NCBI GenBank assembly: GCA_021613535.1
Contig: CP075493.1
Location: 13,330,001-13,394,000 of the forward strand
Direction: 5' to 3'
From: Adineta vaga
Taxonomy: Eukaryota > Animalia > Rotifera
DNA length: 64,000 nucleotides
Shown: in pieces, positions 38,829 through 51,376 of the stretch
Layout of the letters: each line of letters opens with the position of its first letter
How positions within the stretch are numbered: position 1 is the stretch's first letter
The notes under the pieces: generated by a model
Database searches by the model: none
Seen by the model: the letters and a program-made list of their open reading frames with translations, nothing else
What the model was told of the DNA's origin: nothing
Position numbers and translations under genes: made by a program

Positions 38829-39807
38829 TTATATGCTAAATGATTTAGTAGATCTTTTCTGATGTTTTTGCAACATTAGTTTTCGATGTTTCTCGGAATA
38901 GGCAAGTGGCAAATATCGAGATAGATTGAGTTGATGCGCGGCTTCTTCAAGAAAAGCATAACGATATTCGTAGTGTCCCGGTTGATTCGATATGGCGTTA
39001 TGAGTGGTAAATCTCGATGGTGTGATTGATTGAGAAAAATAGGAATCGATGAACCGTTTGACAAATATAAATAAACGAGACCAAAAAAAATATCTTCACC
39101 ATTCCAATGGGTTTTATTTCGAAAAGTGTTCTTTTTAATGAAGGGTATCATGAGTGGAGCAAAGCGAAAAAACTTATGGCACAATGAACGATCAATAAGT
39201 ATTGCACGTGTCAAACAGATAAGATTTGATTGTTTGTCGAAGTCCGATTTTTGTTTCTTGAACCATCTGTGCGTCCAAAATGTTGGAAACATACAGGCTG
39301 AGCTTTGTTTACTTGCACTGCCATGAAACGACGAATATCTGGATACGAAAGCAACAGATCATCATCTAACAAAAGAACGCGATGATGCCAAGCTTCGTAA
39401 GCACATGCATGAAAACGTACAGCCACACCCCATTCATCTGAAATCGAGTAGTTAACTATAAGTCGTACTTTTGGATGTGAGTACGTAAAAGTTGAAGAAG
39501 GATTCGCCATAATGACAACAATATCTCCCACTTTATCGAAGTTGACGAGAGTTTGAAGAATTATCTTGACATTATTGGGTCGCAACCAGTTGATTATTAT
39601 CACAGATATTTGATGATTGCGGTCATCATTGAATGTATTGTTAATAATTGAGCTTAAATTCTTTTCTGCAAATAAACTACTCTTCCAAGACAGATGCTGT
39701 AAATATGTCGTACATAAAATACTCATACTGACGACCATTAATAAGAGAATGAAATGCATCTGAAGTGTCCAGAAGCGTTGATCTTTGAATAAAAATAATA
39801 ATCGCAT
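38829..39807 (-). pseudogene. GT-A fold glycosyltransferase (GT64/EXTL2-like), type II membrane, two frameshifts
   Basis: TM anchor, SVIIINW.RP, RF..C, VLLLDDD, NGEDIFF, then PGHYEYR in a third frame. Frame breaks near 39320 and 38985. Confidence 0.7.
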
Positions 39808-40046
39808 CGATATTTTTCATCAGAGTAATCAATATTTGCACGAAAGTAATTTCTTATGAATTTTTTTCACATCTATGTATAAATAGATTATAGTTTTTAT
39901 CTAAAACATATTATATTGATGATTAGTGATAAATTATAATAAATGAAATCTAGTAATTTGACAGATCAAGTTTATATGTGAAAAATACTGCAATAACTAA
40001 CTATACGTAATTTATTTACCGTCATTGCGATAATCAATACATACGT

Positions 40047-41504
40047 TTACTCCTTCAAGATTTTTTTTGTTGACCACACTAACCATTTTTGAGAACAAGT
40101 TAATGGTCCATTCATAATTTGTTTCGTCAGTGTCATATAATCTTTCAATGAGCAGTAATTCGTTGTCACGTTAGCTGTTGTAACATGATCGACCAACAGT
40201 TGTTTATATCTGTTTAGTATTAGCTTTATGTACAGTTTTGCGGCTGATCTTGATAGATATTTTCCTTGGAAATGTATTCCGGATTGCACTATTCTTTGCA
40301 TATGTTCATCATTTTGTCTTGCCCAAAGAACTTTCTTACGAAGATCTTGCAAATTAATATCGATTGGAACGTAATGTATGTAGGGAATTAGCAATGGATC
40401 TAACCAACGTTTCCAAATAGATTTCTGACTGAAGAAAACAGATCCTGAACCAATTATATGCCCTTTACGAGCTGAACCAGCTGAACCATCAATATCAAGA
40501 ATATATTTGTATGCCGATTGTTCTTCAAATGACATAAACGGAACACGAGTAATATTTGTTTGTGCTTCTATTTCTTCTGTGGTCGGTGGATGATCATTCA
40601 ATCCTTGACGTTTTTTTCGTTTCCCATACACAAATGGAGGTATATCCCAATCTAAATGATTGAATTCTGTAATGCCGATATCCATAACGTCTGAATTCAT
40701 CATAGATAGTTTTACGGCTTTGACACGAGTACATGAAAACCAATTGTTCGAATGAAAATTGTAGCAATCTGCTTTACCTCGAAATAGAGCAAGTTCTTTT
40801 TTCTGCTTCCAAGACACTAAGTGTGAATTATTAGGCCATCTATAAGTACCATGCGAGCCAAACTGCATGGTATCTGGTAAGAGTAAATCTGAATGAAAAT
40901 CACTGGTCATAAATGTAAACACAGGTAGCCCATGTGCAATTGCATGTGAATGAAGAGCTGAACAAGGTCCATGTAGAATTAGAATGAAATCAACACCATC
41001 TGCTGTTGACTTCCAATCATCGAAATATCCTTCCACTATCATTTCCCCTAATATCTGCATAAATGTTGCAAGACGCTGATTAAGATATCTGTAAGGTACG
41101 CGTGTAAGCTGTCGGTACAGTAGGTGTTTTCCACGTTGAACAATTCGAATTCGAACACCTAAATTGGTATTTGCTCCAATAAATTCCATAGCATTGAGTG
41201 AGTCTTGTGTGATCCGAAAATAACCTTGTCCAGGTTGTTGTTCATCAGTGTTATATGATGGTACACCAAAATAGGGTTCAAGTTGAGTAGTTATCATGTT
41301 CGAAAATGCTGCCTCTACTGTTTGAGTATCTTCATAATCTAGTGCATGAAGAAAGTCCATCTGGTCTTTAGTAGAACGAAGAGAGTAACATGCGCTACGA
41401 TTTCTATCGGCATATAGTACTGCTGTCAAAATAGCACCACAGACAAAGACACCAATCAGTACTATCCATTGAAGAAATGATTGAAGTAGAATCCGGCGTA
41501 TCAT
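40047..41504 (-). CDS. Glycosyltransferase family 90 (CAP10/POGLUT/KDELC-like), intronless type II membrane protein
   Basis: W..KK..ALFRG, YKYILDIDG, SGSVFF, LIPYIHYVP, WA..ND motifs; N-terminal TM. Confidence 0.88.
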   Translation of the reverse strand: MIRRILLQSFLQWIVLIGVFVCGAILTAVLYADRNRSACYSLRSTKDQMDFLHALDYEDTQTVEAAFSNMITTQLEPYFGVPSYNTDEQQPGQGYFRITQDSLNAMEFIGANTNLGVRIRIVQRGKHLLYRQLTRVPYRYLNQRLATFMQILGEMIVEGYFDDWKSTADGVDFILILHGPCSALHSHAIAHGLPVFTFMTSDFHSDLLLPDTMQFGSHGTYRWPNNSHLVSWKQKKELALFRGKADCYNFHSNNWFSCTRVKAVKLSMMNSDVMDIGITEFNHLDWDIPPFVYGKRKKRQGLNDHPPTTEEIEAQTNITRVPFMSFEEQSAYKYILDIDGSAGSARKGHIIGSGSVFFSQKSIWKRWLDPLLIPYIHYVPIDINLQDLRKKVLWARQNDEHMQRIVQSGIHFQGKYLSRSAAKLYIKLILNRYKQLLVDHVTTANVTTNYCSLKDYMTLTKQIMNGPLTCSQKWLVWSTKKILKE

Positions 41505-43329
41505 GAGCCTATAAGATAAAAAAAAAATTATTTCACCATTCGATACAGCGATCGTAATACATTCGTCACTATTTTTCTAGCAATATAGGAGCTCGACAAT
41601 TACATTTCGCAATCGAAAGACAATAAACGAGTTAGTTTCATTTTATTCTGGAGCGGACTCGTCGAAGTGCATAAGAGTTCTCTGCAAGTTTAATCAAATT
41701 TATAACTTTAAATAGATTAGAGCAGTCTTTTTTTATCGTATGTTTTATATTCCATCTTTTCTTACTTACTTAGCCTTTCTAAAAGAATAAATCATACCAA
41801 AAAGTTTGCCGGTCAAGTTGCAACTATGTAAAAATGTAGTATTCTTTGGCATAAAAAAGAATTTATTTTATGATTTTTTTCTCGTCTTATAATTTATTCT
41901 TTCTATTTGATAGAGATTCATATATGACATTGTGAAATGAATTTTATGCAAATAAAACATGTGCAAACATTAGACTGGTGAAATGCAACAAAATAATAAT
42001 ATTAGTTACCGAGATCTTTTAATGAATGCTCCTAAATTTTGAATTTTATCCCATATAATTGCTGAGGACGACTCTATAGAACTCAACTGTTAAATTATAC
42101 GATCTACATAATGAATTGAAGAATAATTACTTTTTCTATACATTCAATTCAACGTGTTTGACGACTAATTATAAATAAAACTTCAGCTAAATGCAATTGT
42201 CTTGAAAGTTTTGTCAGAACGGGTAAAATACACATATTAATTCTTTGCTTTTCTTTTTTCGGAGAGAGATAAATAATTGTTAATGTTTGAGTTATGATTT
42301 GTAGTAAAAAGAAAGAATAAAGTCGAAGAAAATCACATCATTTATTCAGTTAAGTGTATTTACTTGCATAAATGCTGAAATTATGAGTAAACGATAGATC
42401 AGTATACAATGCAAATATAAACACGTTTAGAAAATGTCCAAAATCTTATATATATAATTCAATTCTAATTGATTACTGTTAAATTTCATTTGTGAATCCA
42501 CATTGTGTAAAGAATTATATTTTATTATCTTTTAAATTGGCGTATTTCATTTTCTCTACTGTTCAAACTCACTCTTCAATATTAGAAAAATGACGATAAT
42601 GAAAGTTTCTTCCATTTTTGTTCGACTTTATTTATGAGTATTGTATTTCATCGATTCATATATGAAAGTCATAATTATTTTCCTTCGCCCAAAAAAAAAG
42701 TACTTCTTTATCAAATAGCATCAAAATCATATATTTTTACGTATATTCAAAAACATTTGATGACTTGAAAAATGACTATTTCTTTTCAAAATCATGCATT
42801 CATCTTATAGTTAATAAAAATTGTGTTAATAAATAGAAGAAATTTTTTTGGTTTAACTTGCATTGTTCATAATGTTATTTATTGGTAAATTCTATTTATG
42901 CTTATTTCTGTTCATTTTTGAGCAAATATCAGGTAAATAATTCAAGATGGAATCTCGCAATATATTTGCAAAAATTCAGTCCACAAAATAGAAAATCTAT
43001 TTTGATTATGAAATCTACATATAGTCCATGTACGTATGTAGAATGAATACAAGTCATGTATTTCTAAGTGACATCAGTAGGTTATTATTCGGATTCATAA
43101 AAAGAATGTTGATCTTTGTTTATGCTTTATAAAACTATGACTATATCTCAATCATTGTATGAGAAAATTATAATCTTTGAAAAATCAGATAGAAATTCGT
43201 TGAATAGATTTAGAAGTCTTGTGAGTGGAACTATTGATCTTTGGGTATAATGGCGTACCTGTGGAGTCCAATTACTTCTACGAAATATTTAAATCCATAT
43301 AATTATCTATGTATTCACTTTTATTTCTC

Positions 43330-44140
43330 AGCTCTTTCCTACAATCTATATTCCAAATCAAGACAGTGGACAAATCATTATTTAATTTGAAGCGAATACA
43401 ACATCAACAAGAACTACTTTCGATAATTTATTCAATTCTACAAGTCTATTCGTAACAACAACAGATGAGAATTATATTGATACATTTTATTCAATTGGTG
43501 GAATTAGTAAAATAACATTAAATTCTACAATAATTTCAGTTATCTCACGATTGTTGCCGAAACAGGTACTGCTAAATCAACATCGACGACTCTTCATATT
43601 ATCCTCGTGGGATATTTATCGACGTTAATTCGAATTTGTGCATTGCAGATTATGGAAATAGCCGAATTCAAAAATTTGGCCTTCTTTCTAATTCATATAG
43701 TAAGTTAAAGAAGAATTTATTGAGCTTAAATTTATCTCAAATATCATACCAACAGATTCCGTCCATACACCGTCGACAGCTACGTGCAATATTACTGTGA
43801 CAACAACAACAGTTATTGTAAATTGTCAAAGTTACAAGGCATCATGGAATAAACATTGTTATTATTTGGATGGCACTGTCGGTAATTGTATAACTGGTTC
43901 TAGCAAAGCAAAGAATGCCGTTTTAAAATGTATTAATTCTCTTTTTGCTGGAAAACCTTATCGAAGTACAATATCGAATAATTGTTGTGTCTGAACGGCA
44001 GATACATATCAATGTTTTGGATTCAATTCAAATTGTAATTCAGCTGGGCCTCTTACAACAGGACCAGTATTGAATGGTTCTGGTTGCTTTAACTTACAGA
44101 AACGTGTTTCGCAATAACGAACGTTTTGCGGTGGTAACTG
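43330..44140 (+). pseudogene. Decayed NHL-fragment + Cys-rich C-terminal domain gene
   Basis: An IADYGNSRIQKF NHL remnant, then WNKHCYYLDG...SNNCCV*TADTYQCFG..CNSAGP with TGA at 43992 and a further TAA near 44114. Confidence 0.6.
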
Positions 44141-44898
44141 AAATGACAAACTTATTCCCAAAATATGTTAAAAAAACATGAATGATATAAAACTATCAAA
44201 ATTCAACGTTCTTTTCTCTTCTATTATTTACTTAACTTCTTTTGCAAGACATTTCGATCTGTAACATACAGTTTTATTTTGTCAATTAATAAATAATATT
44301 TTTCTTACAATGCAATAAATCAAAACGTTTTAAAAATACTACTAAATTATCATTTTAAACTCGCCTATATTGTTACCCGAGATTTAGATTATATATATAT
44401 AAAGGAAAAGACAAAAAAGAAAATCATTCGATTATCAACTTTGTTTTTCAAGATTTGATTGTTAATAAAATCAGGAATGAATTTCTTGACTTGACAATAC
44501 AATTTTCGAAGGTGGTACTCAAATATTCAAGTCTTTAGTAACGTATTTGATTAAATGTCCATGATGTCTCGTGTGTGTTTGAGAGAAAGAAAAATAAGAC
44601 GGATTATGTACGTCATTTTTGTTCTTCCATTTGATTGACGTAAATGTGCAACAATAAAAAACGACCCTGTGGGATGCACATACGATACTATGACAACACG
44701 GCAAAAGCATTTCTGTTTCGCCTGATTATTTCGTTATTTGACATACAAAAAAAATATGACGTCACACTTTACCTACGCATGTTTAAATTATATATATAAT
44801 CTAAAAAAAATTCTCTTTACTCATTCTGAATATTTTGTGTTTACGTTCGATCACAGAAAATTAAGAATTAATCACGAGAAGCGCAGCAACAATCGATC

Positions 44899-45218
44899 AT
44901 GGAAGGAACAATGACTCGAGTTTCTGGTTCAATTCCCGTACAATGTGTCTGTTGGAATTGCAAAAAACAGATAGTTACACGTACTGAAAAGAAAAATGGT
45001 CTTGTCACATGGCTCGGTTGTGGTGGTTTAATTCTATTTGGTTGTGTTTTTGGTTGTTGTTTGATTCCATTCTGTGTTGATGCGTGCAAGGTTAGATAAA
45101 TTCTTCTTAAATTTATAATCAATATATTGAGTAAAACTTTTTTTTGAAATCTTTATAGGATACAATACATATGTGTCCCAACTGCAACACCATCCTTGGT
45201 GAGGACAAACTACTTTAA
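44899..45218 (+). CDS. LITAF-domain protein (exons 44899-45090, 45159-45218; 5' end uncertain)
   Basis: PVQCVCWNC...VTR....G..TW..C......GC..GCCLIPFCVDACK|DTIHMCPNC. Confidence 0.88.
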
Positions 45219-45352
45219 TGTAAACAGTTTGAACAGCATTAAATACGAATATTTTTTTCGATGTTTTATTTATTATAACCAAACAATAAAGAATATAAAT
45301 ATTAGATTTCTCTATTATTTACGTACCTATCTCTCTTTGATTTGTTGCACCA

Positions 45353-45610
45353 TTAGGTGTCAAACAAACCATAGGATACTTCATTAGATGAATCATACGT
45401 TGTTGATCGTAAATTAGGTAATGATCCAACAGTAAAAAATGTTATTAACATTACATAGAGATGAGTTAGACGTCGCGCTTTGAATCGTTTGTTGTGCATA
45501 ATATTTTTTTGCCATAAAGTACGTAAAAGAAAAACGATACTTGAAATAATCATAGTGAAAGGAGGAACTATTTCATGTACAATGACATTAAAGCGAAAAA
45601 GTGTTGCGCC
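45353..45610 (-). pseudogene. GPCR TM5-TM6-like fragment
   Basis: HEIVPPFTMIISSIVFLLRTLWQK...RRLT..YVMLI.FF...LP, with no full gene model around it. Confidence 0.4.
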
Positions 45611-46355
45611 TTTTTAAAAGCGCATGGAGAGAAAGCTGATCGAGTCAAATGATTGAAATTATTCGTACATGATGATAAATAAATAAAATAATGAATAAAA
45701 AATCGTTTTGTTTTGTTTGCTATAAATTGATCATCCCCAACAGATCAACATGTATCATCGTTTCTTTTTCATGGTAACCAACGAAGAATTCATTTTACAG
45801 TAGTGATTATCAACTAAAAAAGAACTTACACTTTACTGCTCTTTGTACATTATGTATAAACTTGTTGCTCATCTATTTTTAACATATTCTATTCAAATAA
45901 TTATAAACTAAAGACTTCAAAATCTATATAACACTTTCTCTATATCATCGATATCTTGTGACATATTTTTTATGTACGAATATTGCCTTTCCAGTTTATT
46001 TGGTATGAGCAGTTATATCCATGTTTCACCCGTAATCAGTTTCGACTAGTTTCAGGAATTCGATTACTCGATCAAATACGACATATACCAAATATTAATC
46101 AGATTCTATTGCTGATATTCTTCCAATAAGGCAAATCAGTAAAGACAGCTTTTTATAAATATAAAAATCCGAACATATCTTCCACAATAAATATCAATAT
46201 ACTATTCTCTCTCGAATTCATCACTTCCTTTTACATCAGAGTAGAAACATATTTCAAAAGGTTTTTATTCTCGAGTACAAAATATCGTTTAACATATCAT
46301 TATGATTAAAATATGTTCACAAGCAAAATAAGAATTCGTGGCGACTTTTTCCGAA

Positions 46356-46795
46356 ATTACTTTTTTCCATATTCAAGAGCTTCAGCTTTTGCTTCACCAA
46401 TGGCATTGCAAGCAGTTCTGAGAGCTGAACTTGGACCACTATATGAACATGGCCAGCTGCCGTCTGGTTTTCCACTTGCATCAAGCTTTGTACAGTCACC
46501 GAGATGTTTGCATATTGCTTTCGTTCAATTCAACACTACATCTTAGACATTTGCGAGTTGATTCTGATCCACCCATTGAAACTGAATTGTTACTTGTCGA
46601 ACATGCAATATGATGTACTTATATACAAAAGTATTCGCCTGTGTATTGTTGTTGTTGTCGATTGGAAAATGCAAACTTAACTGAATTCTTTTCTTAGTCG
46701 ATGAATGACCATACGTTGAAGAATGAAAAAAGATAAAACAGAGCAAAAATATGTGCTATATTTTGTGTATAGATGTGAAAAAGCCCATGTTCATC
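46356..46795 (-). pseudogene. Degraded small Cys-rich, probably secreted protein gene
   Basis: Coding-like segments in different frames (ACSTSNNSVSMGGSESTRKCLRC; CKHLGDCTKLDASGKPDGSWPCSYSGPSSALRTACNAIG...GKK*). Confidence 0.4.
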
Positions 46796-48379
46796 ATCGA
46801 AAATGTGTATCTGTCTGGTTTATAATCATCACTCGGCTTTTCCCGTAAATGAATAGCATAAAATTCCAATGACTTTCTTTTATCTGCCGCATATTTTTAT
46901 ATGGGAAAAGAAAGAGTGGAAGAGCTAGTGTTGTAGTGAATATACCAAGCGATAGAGAACAATTTCGTTGGTATATAAGGAGTCTCGCAATAGTGGATAT
47001 TTTCGAGAACGTAATCATTAATTATTAAGCAAAAAAAGATCAATGACGGGTAAGTCTAATAGAGTAAATGCATGCTGTATATAAAAATGTTTACATTCTA
47101 ACTGAGTTTTTGTTTATAATTGTTCAGATCCAAAAGGTAAAAATATCAACGAGGACAAAAGCTTTTATCAATGGCTTTTTTCAAAGAAACTTCCAGTTCG
47201 TACATGCCCTCATTGTAGTGTTCAAATGCCTGAACATGAAATGTTACAACATGTGAAGATGTGCTATAGTGATAGTTACAGTGCATCCAATGATGGATAT
47301 CATGGTCAATATCGTGGTTCAGTAGCACAGGTGAATGGCGTAATACACGAATTAGGGTGGTAGAAATGACCATGTAGATGAAAATAAGTATTTTGATAAA
47401 AGTTCATAAATCCATTATTAGATGCAGAAGTGAAACAGATAAAGCATTGTTTGTCCTTTTTCTATTGTCGTACTTGTTTTTCTTTCCATGATTGGTCTAT
47501 GTCGAGATAAAATTATAATTTCAATAAAAATGATGAATATATATATATATATAGGCTAAACAAATATTTAGGATATAATAAGGGCGTGAGTGTGGTTGGT
47601 AAAAACAGCATGCGCATAAATTACTCAACTTACTTCCGCCCATTGAATACTGCAACAAATGCGATATTCTTGTCATAAATTATGGTGATAGCAGTCTCAT
47701 GGTTCTATTAGCTTCTTAAAACAAATTCACAACCTTATTCTTTTCGTTCAATAAGGAATGCGAATCAAGGAGACTATATGATTTATTTTGATCTTTCCCA
47801 ATAGTTCACCTCAAATAGTTCTGACTGTATCATATATTCCATATTTTTGTTACATGTCGATGTGAAACGACTTATGAAACTGTTTCTAAGCAGATCAGAA
47901 ACATGTGTGCGCCACATTTGCTCGAAGACAAATCGCAAGCAACTATAGAATAGTTTATTCCAAATCTGAGACATCAAACATAATCAATATCCATACGATT
48001 CTTGTATTTTTCTTTGTACATTTAATTATTGTATATTCTCATTTTGAATGTTTTTCTTCTCGACTTCGATGAATCATCTCGTCATTTAAAGGTAGCTTAA
48101 TCCTTATAATAGATTTTCTTCGAAATTTTATCGAGAGTTCGTATTCAGTTGATAATCAGACACGAAATTCAGTTTTTATTTTAATTTTTGAATATCAATA
48201 CTGTTTACAGGTCTGATATTAGATATTATGCAACACAATCAGGTATCCTAAATTCATTTACGAAATAATAAACGAAAATCTTAAGTTATTTATTGAAATG
48301 ATGCAGTACAGAAGAGAAATGAAAATGATTGTAGAGCATTCAAGATGCTGCTTCTTCTTTTTATTGAGTTGCAACACAT

Positions 48380-49060
48380 ATTCTAGAATTCTATCAACAT
48401 AAAAAGAACTACTCATCAATGGTAGAATACAATTTCATTTTAACTGTTCATTTTTTAATAAAACTTCAAATTCTTCTATAGTACGAAATTTTCCACCAAA
48501 AAGAACAAACGTATGTAAATCCGACATTTCCGTCGACAAATTATCTTGGTTCACGCCGCTCGCTGTAGTATTAATAAAATCAATAATTAATAAATGTTTT
48601 CCAATTTGCATTATTTTTGACGACAATTTTTCAATAGAATTCAAACTTCATTATCAGTTAAATCTATAAAAATATGAGATAAAATATAAATGTCGCCACC
48701 CAGAAATATTAATCGATCCGCGTTATTGGCTTATCTAAATCTTGCAAATTAATCGATCGTATTCGTAACATGAGGTAAATCGTATAAAATATCTTTTAAA
48801 TATGTATATTTGCTTAATAAGTGAAGAACTAACTCACCAGTACGGTCGCCAACGTCAACAATAGAACTAGCATGAAGAAAACTATCATAAGTTTTCACGA
48901 ATTTCTCATGTCGTGGTGTAGATATCATACATTCATTGAATAGACTACTTGCCTGAGAATGTTCTCCGAGATATTGATAAAAATTCATTTGATACAAACG
49001 ATCAAATGATGATTGACCAGTTGTAATTCAATCGAATAAAGGGCCCCATGTACATATGTA
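48380..49060 (-). pseudogene. SAM-dependent O-methyltransferase (COMT/Methyltransf_2, bacterial-like) pseudogene
   Basis: TTGQSSFD, FYQYL, LFNECM, IVDVGDRTG, ILYDLPHV, DIYILSHI, LLIID, GGKFRTIEEF..LL, with stops and frameshifts. Confidence 0.8.
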
Positions 49061-49554
49061 AATTCAGATGATCGTAAAGATTTGGTGTCTAATAGTCTTT
49101 ATTTGAATCCATAATAGTCAATGATTCATAATGCTTTTGTTCGTTACGTATGATCGAAGACAGTAATAATGCGCATATCTATCCATCGTCGGCCATTATT
49201 TTTTTCTTTTAATTTTTTACTCGTATTACTATCCTACTACACAGTTTGAGGTGGAATCAAATTTTTGATATTTATTCATCTGATGATTTTACAGATGAAA
49301 AATACTTCGTGTATAATAGTACATGTGTCATCTATTCTGACAATTTTTCTTTCTATGTTTTGTCTCACATTCTGTTGACGCTTTTTTTCTTTCTTTTCCC
49401 ATCCCACCATATTTTCTCCAATATTTTGCTTTTCTTTTTTCTTTATCGAACCGTACAGCTTACGAAAATATTCTTCGTTTGTCACGCAGTCTAACTTGTG
49501 CTTACATCGTGAACGGTAATTAGAAGCACGCGTTTGAAAGAAAAACAACAAGCA

Positions 49555-50046
49555 ATGTTTACGAATGATACACTTCTTAAAACTCGTCCACAGTATGGAA
49601 ATTTCCAATGTTCTCATTGTGGACGACGATGGAAGAGTACCAAAGCATGGGACAATCATGGTCAAAACTGTAAACAATGTGATACATTAGTTTATCCAAC
49701 GAATCTTTCCAAGAATTTTGTCTATATTTGTGACGATTGTCACATGATGTGGCATTCATGTCATTCCGATTTAGGGTTATCATGCGAAAACTGCAATTCA
49801 TCGGTGTTAATTCATCCGCGAGATCCTGATGACTGGGAAGATCAAAAATTTATTAACATGCACAAATCACAATATAAGGATGTATTGAATGCTATGAATC
49901 CAAATGGAACACATAATGAAAGTTTGTGTCAGAAGTGTCGTGATTTGGGACGACCTTGTCGAGAAATTGAAAACCATGGATTAAAAAAATCATTGAATCG
50001 TCCATTCAGCGATGATGATAGTGAGGATGACATGATTTTCGCAACT
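49555..50046 (+). CDS. 3CxxC zinc finger exon (open copy), ending at a GTAAGT donor at 50047
   Basis: Same finger as 1057-1467 but reading through (CREIENH...MIFAT) to a phase-0 donor. Confidence 0.8.
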
Positions 50047-50248
50047 GTAAGTATTGTGTTTTGTATAATAATGTTTTTATCGCACCGAAAAATATCTTTG
50101 CATGAAAGCAAGCACTGACACATAGAGGACTAAGGATAAACAGTAGTAATCTCCATCATCACTATTCTTTTCAAAATTCCATAATCCTGAAAAGATGACT
50201 TCGGGCGTTTTCCATTAGTGTGTTATGTGAAATCATTCTTTTTTTCAG

Positions 50249-51167
50249 AATAATCGTCGATTACCGAATATCCCACAAAAAGAGGAATACAAACCTTTAA
50301 TTCGAAACGTTTGTATATCTGATAATCATCCTCAAATAGAATATGCCAATACAACCGTCGGCATTTATCCACAAAACATAGAACAGCGTGAACAATCTAA
50401 AAGATCGAAGCTTCATAAGACGTCTTTTGTGTATTGTATTACTAGCAATTTTACTAATAACGCTATTTGGTCTAGTGTTTAATATAATCAAATCCGTCTT
50501 TAGCACAACAACTACAACAACAACAACTACTACTACTACTACTACTACAACAACAGCTAGACCTAAAACTACACCATGTTTTTCTTCAGAAACGATGGTC
50601 ACACTTGAAAATGGGATTCAAGTTCCTTTGCACAATCTACGAGTAGGAGAACAAGTTCGTATCGATTCTCACAAATCAAGTGCTGTATTAGCAATTTTTC
50701 GTCATTATCGTTCATCGATATCATTTATGGAAATACATTGTAATGAAAATCGAAGCCAACCACTTCGTCTAACACCAACACATTCCATACTTGTGCGTAG
50801 ATCTCATGACGAAAGCGAACAATATCGTTTTGCTCGTGATGTTTCAGCAGGAGACTTTGTTTATTCCACTTTGCTTCATCAAATGATTAAGGTGATTGAA
50901 ATACGAGAAAGTACGAATGTTGATGATTATGCTTATGCTCCATTGACATTTGAGGGAAGAATTGTAACAAATAATATTATTGCTTCATGTTACGCAACAT
51001 ATCCGCATTGGTTGATGCATATAATAATGACACCACTTCGTTGGTGGTATTGGCTTTTAATTGAATTAGAACAAGACTATTTGCATGCATTGAGCACATC
51101 GTTTTGTGTACAATGTGTCGACTCGTATTTACAATTACTTCTTGTTGTAACTACTTTTATTGTTTGA
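50249..51167 (+). CDS. TM + 17-Thr linker + Hint/Hog autoprocessing exon; 2-nt deletion at 50410/50411 relative to the left copy shifts the frame
   Basis: PCF, LTPTH, YAPLT.EG.IV.NNI.ASCY and an SRR-like H..MH....PLR segment. The sequence is GAAGCTTC here vs GAAGATCTTC in the left copy. Confidence 0.8.
50505..50555 (+). repeat. ACN trinucleotide run encoding 17 Thr
   Basis: (ACA/ACT)17; the left copy has 15. Confidence 0.9.
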
Positions 51168-51376
51168 CAATAAACAACAAGATTAACTTATATTTACAGT
51201 TACATCCTTATAATACATCTACTAAGATTTGGAACTATATTTCTCATATTGTAGTATGTCTTCTCGCACAGTATTATTTATTAATAATAATAATAAAAGT
51301 AGAATGTTATTACAGTAAAACATTCGTAGAAGACTTATTGTTTGAAAAAAAAAAGATTTATTTTTTTGTTTTCTTT

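Larger units (their letters stand above)
49215..51026. repeat. Right arm of the long inverted duplication (partner 1-1808)
   Basis: Reverse-complement match to the window start. Confidence 0.97.

Noticed and set aside
47146-47373. His-rich 75-aa ORF
   Set aside because: No recognisable motif or gene structure; it may be a relic but cannot be supported.
50570-51000. Hint domain as a mobile intein
   Set aside because: No homing endonuclease, no terminal HN plus C-extein nucleophile, and it is followed by an SRR-like segment, so it is Hedgehog-type.
1-51026. Inverted arms as terminal inverted repeats of a giant transposon (Polinton-like)
   Set aside because: The arms contain host-like genes, and no integrase, transposase, polB or capsid ORF is visible between them. 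The outer ends and any TSD cannot be seen.
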